Below the pieces are notes generated by a model. It saw nothing but the letters and a program-made list of their open reading frames with translations, made no database searches and had not been told where the DNA came from. Shown piece by piece: positions 25,731 to 36,746 of a stretch of 64,000 bases of DNA (position 1 is the first letter of the stretch; each line of letters begins with the position of its first letter). The position numbers were made by a program, and so were the translations under genes. Source of the DNA: the human T2T-CHM13v2.0 reference genome, Homo sapiens; assembly GCF_009914755.1 (NCBI RefSeq), contig NC_060933.1. One strand, given 5' to 3'.

Positions 25731-28440
25731 TCCACCGCGGATCCTAAAAACCAGGGAGGGAAGAGGGGCTGGCACTTACTCCCCGCATCGCGGGGGGTGT
25801 CTCAACCCCTTGCGATGGGGGTCCTAAGAGCCAGGGGGGGAAGAGGGGCTGGCTATTACACCCCGCATCAAGGGGGGTCCCGTCGATGGGGGTCCTAAGA
25901 GCTAGTGGGGTAAGAGGGCCTGGCTCTTATTCCCCGACTCGCGAGGGATGCCTCCCCCCTCTGCTATGGGGGTCCCAAGAGCCACGGGGGAAGAGGGGCT
26001 GCCTCTCAGTCCCCGCCTCGCGGGGGGTGCCTCCTCCTCCTGCGATGGGGGTCCTAAGAGCCAGGGGGGGGAAAGGAGCTGGCTCGCAGTCCCTGTCTCG
26101 CGGGGGGTGCCTCCCCCAACTGCGATGGGGGTCCTAAGAGCCGGGGGGGGGGAAGAGGGGCTGGCTCTCAGTCCCCGCCTCGCGGGAGGTGCCTCCCCCC
26201 ACTGCGATGGGGGTCCCAAGAGCCAGGGAGGGAAGAGGGGCTGGCTCTCAGTCCCCGCCTCGCGGGAGGTGCCTCCACCCCTTCCGATGGGGGTCCCAAG
26301 ACCGAGGGAGGGGAGAGGGGCTGGCTCTCAGTCCCCTCCTCCCGGGGGTACCTCCTCCGCCTGCGATGGGGGTCCCAAGAGACAGGGGGGGAAGAGGGGC
26401 TGGCTCTCAGTCCACGCCTCGTGGGGGATGCCTCCCCCCCCTGCGATTGGGGTCCCAACAGCCAGCGGGGGAAGAGGGGCTGGTTCTCAGTCCCCGCCTC
26501 GCGGGGGATGCCTCCCCGTGCTGCGATGGGGGTCCTAAAAGCCAGGGGGTGAAAAGGGGCTGGCTCTCAGTCCCCACCTCGCGAGGGGTGCCTCTCCCCC
26601 CTGCGATAGGTGTCCTAATAGCCAGGGGGGGAAGAGGGGCTGGCTCTCAGTCCCTGCCTCGCGGGTGGTCCTTCACCCCGCTGCGATGGGGGTCCTAAGA
26701 GCAAGGGGGGGAAGTGGGGCTGGCTCTCTGTCCCCGCCTCGCCGGGGGTGCCTCGCACCCTTGCGATGGGGGTCCTAAGAGCCAGTAGGGGAAGAGGAGC
26801 TGGCTCTCAGTCACCTCAGCATGGGGGGCCTTTCTGTTCTGGTTTTGCCCAAGAGTAAGCTTATTTGCATCTGGTTCTAGCAAGGGAATTGCTGCGAAGG
26901 CCCTCAATCAGGGGGGCCATCCTTTCGAATCCCTATCTAGTTGTTTAGAGATGTAGGCCACCGGCCTCAGCCAAGGCCCCACAGTTTGGGTTAAAAGTCC
27001 AGCTGCCATCTTTTCTCTCTGACGCATACAATGGAAAAGGCTTTGTGAGATCGGGTAGCCCCTCGGCTGGGGCTTTCAGAAGTTTTTCCTTTAAGTCATG
27101 AAAGACTTGCTGTTGTTGGAATCCCCATTCCAAAAGTTCCCGGTCCCCGCCCCCATTGTGACCTCATACAAAGGCTTGGCTAATACTGCAAAGTTTGGGA
27201 TTCCCAGTCTACAAAACCCCACAGCTCCTAGGAATTCTCTCACCACCCTTGTGCCTTTAGGCTTCGGTAGATTGCAAATGACCTGCTTTCTTTCGGATCC
27301 CGGGCTGCTTTCGGACACCTGTCGAATAGTAAATCCCAAGTAAGGTACCTGCGGTCGTCGGCAGATCTGAATTTTCTTCTTGGACACCTAATACCCACAG
27401 TCCTCCAGGTCGGTCCTAAGGATCTTAGAATCCGCGATGGGGGTCCTAAGCCACGGGAGGAAGAGGGACTGGCTCTCAGTCCCCGCCTCGCGGGGTGTGC
27501 CTCCCCCGTGTGATGGGGATCCTCAGAGGTGGGCGGGGAAGAAGGGCTGGCTCTTAGACACCGCCTCGCGGGGGGTGCCTCCCCCGCCTGCGATGGGGGT
27601 CCTAAGAGCCAGGGGGGAAAGAGCGGCTGGCTCTCAGTCCCCGCCTCACGGGGGGTGCCTCCCCACCTGCTATGGGGGTCCTAAGAAAAATGGAGGGAAG
27701 AGGGGCTGGCTGTCAGTCCCCGCCACGCGGGGGGTGCCACCCCCCTGCGATGGGGGTCCCAAGAGCCGGGGGGAAGAGCGGCTGGCTCTCAGTCCCCGCC
27801 TCGCGGGGGGTGCCTCCCCCCCCTGCGATGGGGGTCCCAAGAGCCAGGGAGGGAAGGGGTCCCAAGAGCCAGGGGAGGAAAAGCAGCTGGCTCTCAGTCC
27901 CCGCCTCGCGGGGGGTGCCTCCACCCTGCGATGGGGGTCCCAAGAGCCAGGGGGGAAGAGCGGCTGGCTCTAATTCCGCGCCTCGCGAGGGGTGCATCCC
28001 CCCACTGCGATGGGCGTCCTAAGAGCCAGGGAGGGAAGAAGGGCTGACTCTGAGTCCTTGCCTCGCGGGGGGTGCCTCACCCCCTGCGATGGGGATCCTA
28101 AGAGCCACGGGGGGAAGAGGAGCTGGCTCTCAGTCCCCGCCTCGCGAGGGGTGCCTCCTCCCCCTGCGATGGGGGTCCTAAGAGCCAGGAGCGGAAGAGG
28201 GGCTGGCTCTCTGTATCCACCTCGCGGGGGGTGCCTCCCCGCCCTGTGATGGGTGTTCTAAGAGCCAGAAGGCTTAGGGGGGCTGTCTCTCAGTCCCCGC
28301 CTCGCGGGGAGTGCCTCCCCTTCCTGCGACGGGGGTCCTAAGAGCCAGGGGGGGAACAGGGGCTGGCTCAGTCCCCGCCTTGCGGGGGGTGGCTCGCTCC
28401 CCTGCGATGGGCATCCTAAGAGCCAGGGGAGGAAGAGGGG
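25731..28440 (-). repeat. GC-rich ~77-bp satellite derivative, interrupted by HERV fragment
   Basis: ~27 copies of GATGGGGGTCCTAAGAGCCAGGGGGGAAGAGGGGCTGGCTCTCAGTCCCCGCCTCGCGGGGGGTGCCTCCCCCCCTGC. Confidence 0.9.
26809..27410 (-). mobile_element. ERV1 (HERV-E-like) pol fragment: RT thumb and connection domain, frameshifted
   Basis: minus-strand pieces VSKKK.QIC..QVPYLGF, REFLGAVGFCRL.IPNFAVLAKPLYE, LKEKLLKAPA.GLPDLTKPF, GPW.RPVAY.SKQLD..SKGWPP*LRA..A, KLTLGQN; no LTRs. Confidence 0.88.
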
Positions 28441-28809
28441 GAGAGGATGATAATAATTTCAGCATCGCAGGCTGTGTTCACCCAGCCTGTTAAATCGTTA
28501 TTTATATCCTGAAAGGGAGAGGATGATATTACTCCCCGTAATAGACAGATATGACTCCCCATCGTAGAGCACGAGGTGTACACCCGCCCTGTGATTTTCT
28601 TCCTCATATTCAGAGACCGAGAGGTTGATGTCACTCCCAATATCGGAGGAAGTATACACCCCCGTGTGAGATGGTCCTTAATAATATTCCACGGCGGAGG
28701 GGGTGATATGACTACATACATGGCAGAAAGTGGAAACCTCCCAGGGATATTGTTCCCACGATCCTGGAGGGAAGAAGATGATGTTACTTTCAATATGACA
28801 GAAGGTGGA
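28441..28809 (-). repeat. SATR-type inverted block 3, left of LTR
   Basis: colinear with ~25115-25480 (shared CCCCGTGTGAGATGGTCCTTAATAATATTCC). Confidence 0.85.
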
Positions 28810-29841
28810 TGAAGTGGTGGACTGCCCCTCCACACCTGTGAGTATTTCTAGTTGGGTGGGTGGGAGGAGAGACTGAGAAAAGAAATAAGACACAGAGACA
28901 AAGTGTAAAGATACAACAGTGGGTCCAGGGGACCGGCGCTCAGCACACCAAGGACCTGCACCGGCACCAGCCTCTGAGTTCCTTCAGTTTTTATTGATTA
29001 TGATTTTCATTATTTTAGCAGAAAGGAATGTAGTAGGAAAGCAGGGTGATGATAAGGAGAGAGTCTGCAGAAGACATGTGAGCAAAAGAATCTATGTCAT
29101 AATTAGGTTCAAGGGAAGGTACTATGACTGGACGTGCACGTAAGCCAGATTTGTTTCTCTCCACCCAAACATCTCAGTGGAGTAAAGAATAACAAGGCAG
29201 TGTTACTGCAAACATGTCTCGCCTCCCGCCACAGGGCAGCTTTTCCCCTATCTCAGAGTTGAACGAATGTACAATCGGGTTTTACACCGAGACATTCAGT
29301 TCCCAGGGGCAAGCAGGAGATAGTGGCCTTCCTCCACCTCAGCTGCAAGAGGCTTTCCTCTTTTACTAATCCACCTCAGCACAGACCCTTTACGGGTGTC
29401 GGGCTGGGGGACAGTCAGGTCTTTCTCATCCCATGAGGCTATATTTCAGACTATCACATGGGGAGAAAGCTTGGACGATACCCTGCTTTCAAGGGCAGAG
29501 GTCCCTGCGGCTTTCCACAGTGCATTGTGCCCCTGGTTTATTGAGACTAGAGAATGGCGATGACTTTTACCAAGTATACTGCTGGTAAACATTTTGTTAA
29601 CAAGGCACGTCCTGCACAGCCCTACATCCCTTAAACTTTGATTTTATACAACACATGTTTTTGTGAGCTCCAGGTTGGGTCAAAGTGGCTGGGGCCAAGC
29701 GGCTAGGGCAAAGCTACAAATTAACAACATCTCAGCAAAGCAATTGTTTAAAGGACAGGTCTTTTTCCAAATGGAGTCTCTTATGTCTTTCCTTTCTACA
29801 TAGACACAGTGACAGTCTGATCTCTCTTTCTTTTCCCTACA
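28810..29841 (-). mobile_element. solo HERV-K(HML-2) LTR5A, 1032 bp
   Basis: minus strand starts TGTAGGGAAAAGAAAGAGAGATCAGACTG and ends GGGGCAGTCCACCACTTCA (TG..CA); AATAAA at 28990-28995 (minus); perfect TSD GGTGGA at 28804-28809 and 29842-29847. Confidence 0.93.
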
Positions 29842-30918
29842 GGTGGACACGCCCCCACTGATATTCCTTCTAATTGCAGCGTGGGAGAGGAGGATATGAC
29901 ACGCGATATCGCAGGGAGTAGAAACACCCCTGTGATACTGTTCTTAATATTCAGGGAGGAAGAGGATGATATTACTCCCAATACAGACGGGTGTACACCC
30001 TCTGTACACCGAGGGTGTACACCTGTCTGTGAAAGAGTTCGTAATCTCCAGAGGGGGAGATGATATTACTCACAATATGGTAAAGAGGCTGTGAGTCCAC
30101 GGAGGATCCTCAGAGCCAGCGGGGGAAGAGGGGCTGGCTCTCAGTCCCCGCCTCGCGGGGGTGACTCCCCCCAGTGCGATGGGGGTCCTAAGAGCCAGTG
30201 GGGGAAGAGGGGCTGGCTCTGAGACCCCGCCTCGCGGGGGGTGCCTCCCCGCCCTGTGATGGGGGTCCGAAGAGCCAGAAGGCTTAGAGGGGCTGGCTCT
30301 CAGTCCCCGCCTCGCGGGGGGTGCCTCCTCCCCCTGCGATGGGGGTCGTAAGAGCCACTGGGGGAATAGGGGCTTGCTCTCAGTCACCGCCTCGCGGGGG
30401 GTGCCTCCTTTCCTTTCTACATAGACACAGTGACAGTCTGATCTCTCTTTCTTTTCCCTACAGATGGACACGCCCCCACTGATATTGTTTTTAATGCAGC
30501 GTGGGAGGGGAGGATATGACACGCGATATCGCAGGTAGTAGAAACACCCCTTTGATAGTGTTCTTAATATTCAGGGAGGAAGAAGATGATGTTACTCCCA
30601 ATACAGACGGATGTACACCCTCTGTACACCGAGGGTGTACACCCGTCTGTGAAGGAGTTCGTAATCTCCAGAGGTGGAGATGATATTACTCACAATATGG
30701 TAAACAGGCTGTGAGTCCATCGCGGATCCTCAGAGCCAGGTGGGGAAGAGGGGCTGGCTGTCAGTCCCCTCCTCGCGGGGGGTGCCTCCCCCACTGCTAT
30801 GGGGATCCCAAGAGCCAGTGGGGGAAGAGGTGCTGGCTCTCAGTCTCCGCCTCGCGAGGTGCCTCCCCACCCTGCGATCGGGGTCCGAAGAGCCAGGGGG
30901 GAAGAGGGGCTGGCTCTC
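29842..30918 (-). repeat. two tandem modules of inverted SATR + GC-rich monomers
   Basis: 29842-30407 and 30463-30918 are colinear copies. Confidence 0.85.
30408..30462 (-). mobile_element. 55-bp duplicated stub of the LTR5A 5' end
   Basis: identical to 29787-29841, followed by GATGGA (diverged TSD). Confidence 0.9.
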
Positions 30919-30951
30919 TTCGTGGATGATTCTTTTTCCATTCTCAGGCAG

Positions 30952-31257
30952 TTTTCTTTTTTCTTTCTTTCTTTTTTTTTTTTTTTGAGACTGAGTCTTG
31001 CTCTGTTGCCCATGCTTTGCTCGATCTCGGGTGACTGCAACCACTGCCTCCCAGGTTCAAGAGATTCTCCTGCCTCAGCCTCCTGAGTAGCTGGGACTAG
31101 AGGCGTGTGTCACCACACCCAGCTAATTTTTGTATTTTTAGTAGAGATGGGGTTTCACCATGTTTGCCAGGATGGTCTCTATCTCCTGCCCTTGTGATCC
31201 ACCCACCTCAGCCTCCCAAAGTGCTGGGATTGCAGGTGCGAGCCACCGGGTCCAGCC
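30952..31257 (-). mobile_element. AluS, antisense, at the right edge of the satellite
   Basis: T-rich tail 30952-30986, Alu body; TSD-like TCTCAGGC..TTTT on both sides. Confidence 0.85.
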
Positions 31258-32129
31258 TCTCAGGCGATTTTCATACCTGCATACTCTGGTCACTACTCTG
31301 TTAAACAGTCAAGGAGGGTAAGTATTATCTTCAGATTTCCAGAGCTCTGTCTCTGTACAGCCCTCTCCTCCTCAATATTCTGCCCTATGAATTCTAGCCA
31401 CATTGGCCTTCCCAGGCTCACAGTTCTGTCTTCTCAACTCAGGAAGATCTCTGAGTTCCATCTGCATTCTTTCTTCCTGTGCTGTGGCCTGGAAAGTTTT
31501 CTAAGGTGTTAGGGAGGTCAATTGTGGGGCTAGCCTCATTTGTTTCTCATCTCTTGAGGATCACTGCCCTTTGATGCTTGATTCCAGTGATTGATTCCCT
31601 TTGTTGCTTGAGGGCCATAGTTTCATATATTTTGTCCAGTAGTTTTGTTGTTTTAGGTCAGAAAGTAATTTTGGTCTCTGTTACTCTATCTTGGCCAGAA
31701 GTGTAAGACCTAAGCATTTACACATCAAAATACTGCACACATAATTTTAGTTTAAGCTACTTTTTAAAAAATCTCCTTCATTTTCCATTTAGCATTCTAT
31801 TTAGGGTATTACATTGGTTTTTTTGAAATTCTGTTATTGGCAGTTTCTATTGCCTATCAATCCCATTTAAAGATAGTGCATAGGGTATTCTAAAATAGCT
31901 GTTAAGCAAAGAGAAAATTGGGCCTGATAGGGTGAGAATCACAGCTCTAATACCTAGAGTGACCTTATAATGTATTGTCCAAAGGAGATATTTTTGACAG
32001 TGAAAGAGGGTGTTGTTAGTAATTATATCAGGACCATGGCCTAAACCAGGACTATCCCAGGAAGCCTGGGACATATTTGTACCCCATCTCTATTTAATGC
32101 CTTTATACAATTCTTTACTTAATTCTACC

Positions 32130-33620
32130 AGCCTTTATTGAGCCTGCTTTCTTTGTCTAGCTGAGTGCCACGTGCTGACGTCACTAAGATCAATACAGCA
32201 AACTCTGAAAGATGGACAGAGAGACAGGAGATGGTCCTTTATAATGCAGTGTGATCTGTGCTGCAATAGAGGTGAGCACAAGGGCCTTACGAAGGTTCAG
32301 TGAAGAGCATGCTTGACTGCAGGGGAGGGTACTTAGGTTAGAAAAGATGAGTTGAAGTATGTTCATAGGGAGCATGAGATGAGAGGTGGTGGGAAAGGTA
32401 TTCCAGACAGTGTGTGTCAAGGCCAAGAGCCAGGGGAACACAGGTAGGGCTTTTTTTTTTTTCTTCTAAGATGGAAGAGTGTTCTGATCGGCTGGAAAAC
32501 AACGCACATGGGAAGCTGTACAGAAATGAGTGGGGAAAGGTAATACTTAACAGCAACAGCAGTTAATATTTAGTGCCCACTTACGACATGCTGGACACAG
32601 TTCCGGGTACTCTGAACATATTTGCTCATTTAATCTTTACAACAACCCTATGAGGTAGGTACTATTATTATCCCCATTTTCAGGTGAGGAATCTGAGGCA
32701 CAGAGAGAGTAAGTATGTTGCCCAGGGCCACGCACCAAGTATGTGGTAGGTCCTGGAGTTGAATGCAGAGCCCCTCCACTCTAAACTCCTGAAAGCCAGA
32801 TGCTACAAGGCATTGTTATTCCAAGTGGAGGAATGCTAAGGACATCATCCTGCAGGTGACCAGGAAACCCTGAAGCATTCGAAGCAGGGGAATGGCTTAA
32901 AACAAGATGGTATAGGAAAGTGCTCCCAGAGCAGCATGAAAGTCTGGTGTAGTGGAGGTCTCCGCTAGCCACAAGAGGTGGTAAGAGGCTGAGCTGAAGC
33001 AGCTGCAGCAGGGATGCAGAGGATACATTCCCCAAACCCTTATGGGCAGAGTCCTTTGGCTTCAGTGACCACGGCCAAGGGTGCAGAGGAGAAGCCCAAG
33101 AAGATGCCAGGTGTCTGGCTTATGCCCCTGTGTGAACGTGAAGCCTCTCATTGACATGCAGGTTACAGGAGGAAAAGCAGGTTTATTTGGGAAGGAGGCT
33201 TCTAGACCATGACTTCCATTTTAGCCATGTAGTTTTTGAAGTGCTTGTACAAGTTCTAGGTGGAAATGTCCAGGAGGCAGTGGGGAACTCAAAGTAGATC
33301 TCAGGAGAGAGGCTTAGGCCAGAGGGCTTGGGGAATCATCAGCATGAGGGTGGGAGGAGAGCTGGTATTTGGATGAGATTGCAGTGGAGCATGAACAGAG
33401 TGGGAAAAGGTGGTGATGAACCCAGGGACTCCAGTATGCGGTAGCTGGCTGTGAGATTAGGAAGCAATGAAGGAGGCCGAGAAGGATGTGGGGGAGAAGC
33501 ATCAATAAGGAATAAATGAGTTGCACGTGCTCCAGAGAGGCCAACTAAAGACTGGATTTGGCTCTCGCAGGTCATACACGAAAGAATCTTGGAACCAAAA
33601 GGAAAACTGTGGTGGTTTAA
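32130..33620 (-). mobile_element. degenerate L2 fragments with nested MIR (~32560-32785)
   Basis: MIR core TTTAATCTTTACAACAACCCTATGAGGTAGGTACTATTATTATCCCCATTTT; purine-rich L2-like flanks. Confidence 0.55.
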
Positions 33621-33624
33621 AGGG

Positions 33625-34070
33625 TATATTCTGTTTCTAGGTCTGCTGTCACAAAATACCAGAAACTGGGTGTCTTGTTAAAACAACAGAAATTTTTTCT
33701 CTCACAGTTTTGGAAGCTAGAAGTTCAAAACGAGGTGTTGGCAGCACCATGCTCTCTCTGAAGATGCTAGGAAGAATCTGCTCCATGCCTTTCCATTCGC
33801 TTCTGGGGTTTCCTGCAAGCCCTGACATTCCTTGGCTTGTAGATGCATCACCCCAGTTTCCGCCCCCATCATCACATGGCCTCCTCTCTGTGTGTGCCTC
33901 TGCGTTCCCTCTATTCTTCTTCTAAGGACACCGACACCAGTCATAGTGGATTAAGTGTCCACTCCTAACCAATTACATCTGCAACAACCCTATTTCCAAA
34001 TAAAGTCACATTCTAAGATTCCTAGGGAGAACATGAATTTTTGGGGGTGTGTGGATACTGTTCAACCTGG
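33625..34070 (-). mobile_element. MaLR LTR (MLT1 family)
   Basis: CTGCTGTCACAAAATACCAGAAACTGGGTG..AAACAACAGAAATT..TCTCACAGTTTTGGAAGCTAGAAGT; CCCTATTTCCAAATAAAGTCACATTCT. Confidence 0.8.
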
Positions 34071-35446
34071 GACATGGAGTAAATAAATGGCAAGGAAGAT
34101 TACAGATGACTTTAAGCTAAAGAGGGAGATAGGGTTAAATGTAGGACTTTTTTTTTCCAGGACGGGAGAGGTTTAAACATGTTACTACATTGAATAAATG
34201 AAATAACCATGGACATGGAGTGGCTAAAGATTCTGAACTAAGTGCAAGTAATTGATAGCGCAAGCTCCCAAGGGGCTGGGGCCTGGAGCACAGATGGATG
34301 GATCCATTGTGGGCAGAACTGGGGCGTGGGAGGGGTGTGCCGATGCAGATGTGTTTGAGTGTGGGGGGCTAGAAGCTGATTGGGGCGAAGCGTGACAGTG
34401 CAGCTCCAAGCACGCTGGAGGTGTTCACCAAGCAAATCAAGAGCAGATGGCAGAACAAGCAGCTGAAATAACAGCTTGTGAAATCAACCCTACTTTGTGG
34501 GGAGAGGATTAGTTAAGGATTCTAGCCATGAGAACCAAGAAGAGGAGGATAATCTGTTCATGCCTATTATGGGGCTTTGGGGGAGCAGTTTCAGCCTCAA
34601 CCTGGAGAATGTTTTAGAAGGCCAGAGAAAGGAACCCTGCAAATCATGTGAGCTGGCCCCTCACTTTGAGATGAAGTGTCCATACAGCAGTAACGCCACC
34701 CTCTGTAGTGGTTCTAGAGTGTGGCAATCTGGAGGGGTCATTATGGAAAAGGGCTGAAGCATAAGAATGTAGGCCCAATACTGAGATAGAAAGAGGATTC
34801 TCTGAGATGACTTAGGCAGGGTGATGGTGGTGGAGGTGGGTGTAAGAAGCCCTCTGCTGCCTCAGTCCGAGCATGGAATTCAATTGGTCAAGAGCAGAGC
34901 CAATCACCATTTAGGCCCCCTTGTTAGCCTTAATTTATTCCTCAGGTATGGAGAATACTCCTCAAGATGCATTCAGAGTGTAAGCTCCCTCTTCCGCAGC
35001 AGAGGACTGCCCTGCAGGTTTGCAGTTCTGTCATTTGGAAACTCCCTGATGTGTCCCTTGGCTCTTCCCATTCTTTTGCTTCAACACATTTTAAGACCAG
35101 GCACCTTAACTGCAGAAACAGCATGAAAAACAAGTAGGTTTCAGGAAAAATTATCCCAAATGGAGTCTCTACTGTGCTCTGTTTATCAGATGTAAAGCTT
35201 AAAACAGTGTAAGAGTTTTTACAGAGTGTATTCATATCACACCAGTTTTGGGTCCATAGACAGGGGCTTTTTCTAGATCAAACCGTTCAATTGTCCTGTT
35301 GATCCTGGCCTAAAATCTGAGTGGATAAAAAATATTTTAGGAGAGATGAGATTCTAACCCTCAATGGCAAAAAGCAGGGCTGAGCCCTAAGCCCACGTTT
35401 TTACACATATTTTACAATTGAATGTGTTGCACTACCGCTAGAACAC

Positions 35447-35955
35447 TAGTTCTCAACCAGGGGTGATTTTGCTTTCCAGGGGACATTGGCAATGTCTGGA
35501 GACATTTTTTTTTCCATTTTCAAAAATTGTGGCAAAGCACATAACATAAAATTAGCCATTTGAACCATTTTCATGTGTATAGTTCAGTGGCACTAAGCAC
35601 CTTCACACTGATGTGCAACCATCACCACCATCCATCCATAGAACTCTCTTCATTTTGCAAAACTGTAACTCTGTACCCATTAACACTAACTCGCCATTTC
35701 CCTCTTCTCCCAGCCCCTGACAACCATCATTTGACTTTCTGTCTCCATGATTTTGACTACTCTAGGTACCTCAAATAAGTGGAATCATACTGTTGAGGGA
35801 TTTTTGATGGTCACAACTTGGGATGGGGTGCTGCTGGTGTCTAGTGGGTAAAGGCTAGGGAGGCCACTTAACATCCTGCAATGCACAGGATGGTCCCCAC
35901 AAGAAAGCAATAACTAACCCCAAACGTCAATCCTACCAAAATTGAGAAACTCTGA
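35447..35955 (+). mobile_element. MER20 (hAT) split by an antisense L1MB-like 3' fragment (~35506-35790)
   Basis: GTTCTCAACCAGGGGTGATTTTGC..GGGGACATTGGCAATGTCTGGAGACATTTT resumes at TTTTTGATGGTCACAACTTGGG..TTGAGAAACTCTG. Confidence 0.75.
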
Positions 35956-36415
35956 GCTAGAAAAATCCCATGACTAATCTTACACCATGGAGTATCAGTC
36001 AATAGAGACTAGTTATGTTGTAATAAGAAACCACCTCCAAATTTCTGTGGTTTAAAACAACTTATATTTTTGCTCTAACATGGAGCATACTTAATCAGCA
36101 ATCCAGGCTGGTGGGAGTTCCATCCTGACCTGGGCTTCTACGATGACTGAAGCAGAAAAAGGATAAGTGATAAATCGTGCACTGGCTTTTAAAGCTCCCA
36201 TTGGAAGTGTCCAGGTCATTTTCGGTCACACTTTCTTGACCAGATCAAATCACAGGTCCACATCTCACTTCAAAGGGAGGAAGGAAGTGCATTTTTACTC
36301 TAAGGAAATACAACCACCACACCTAGCAATTAAAAATAAACCTCATAGTGTTATCACCTGCTTGAAGTGCTGATATCAGAGCAAGCCTACCAGTAGGAGT
36401 GGTGCAGGCTGCAGG

Positions 36416-36427
36416 TTTTTTGTTTTG

Positions 36428-36458
<31 letters not shown>

Positions 36459-36746
36459 GAGACTGCACTCCAGCCTTAGTCTGTCATGCAGGCTGGAGTA
36501 CAGTGGTGTCATCAGAGCTTATTGCAGCCTTGACCTCCCCACACAAGCGATCCTCCCACTTCAGCCTCCTGAATAGTTGAGACTACAGGCCCATGCCACC
36601 ACGCCTGGTTAATTTTTTGTATTTTTTTGTAGAGATGGGGTTTCACTATGTTGCCTAGACTGGTCTTGAACTCCTGGATGCAAGTGATCCACTTGCCTCG
36701 GCCTCCCAAAGTGCTGGGATTACAGGCGTGAGCCGCCATGCCTGGC
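36416..36746 (-). mobile_element. AluJ with (TTTTG)n tail
   Basis: Alu body antisense; pentamer microsatellite 36416-36458. Confidence 0.85.

Noticed and set aside
25886-28493. G/P/R-rich ORFs up to 196 aa
   Set aside because: Stop-poor GC-rich tandem repeat; overlapping ORFs in several frames
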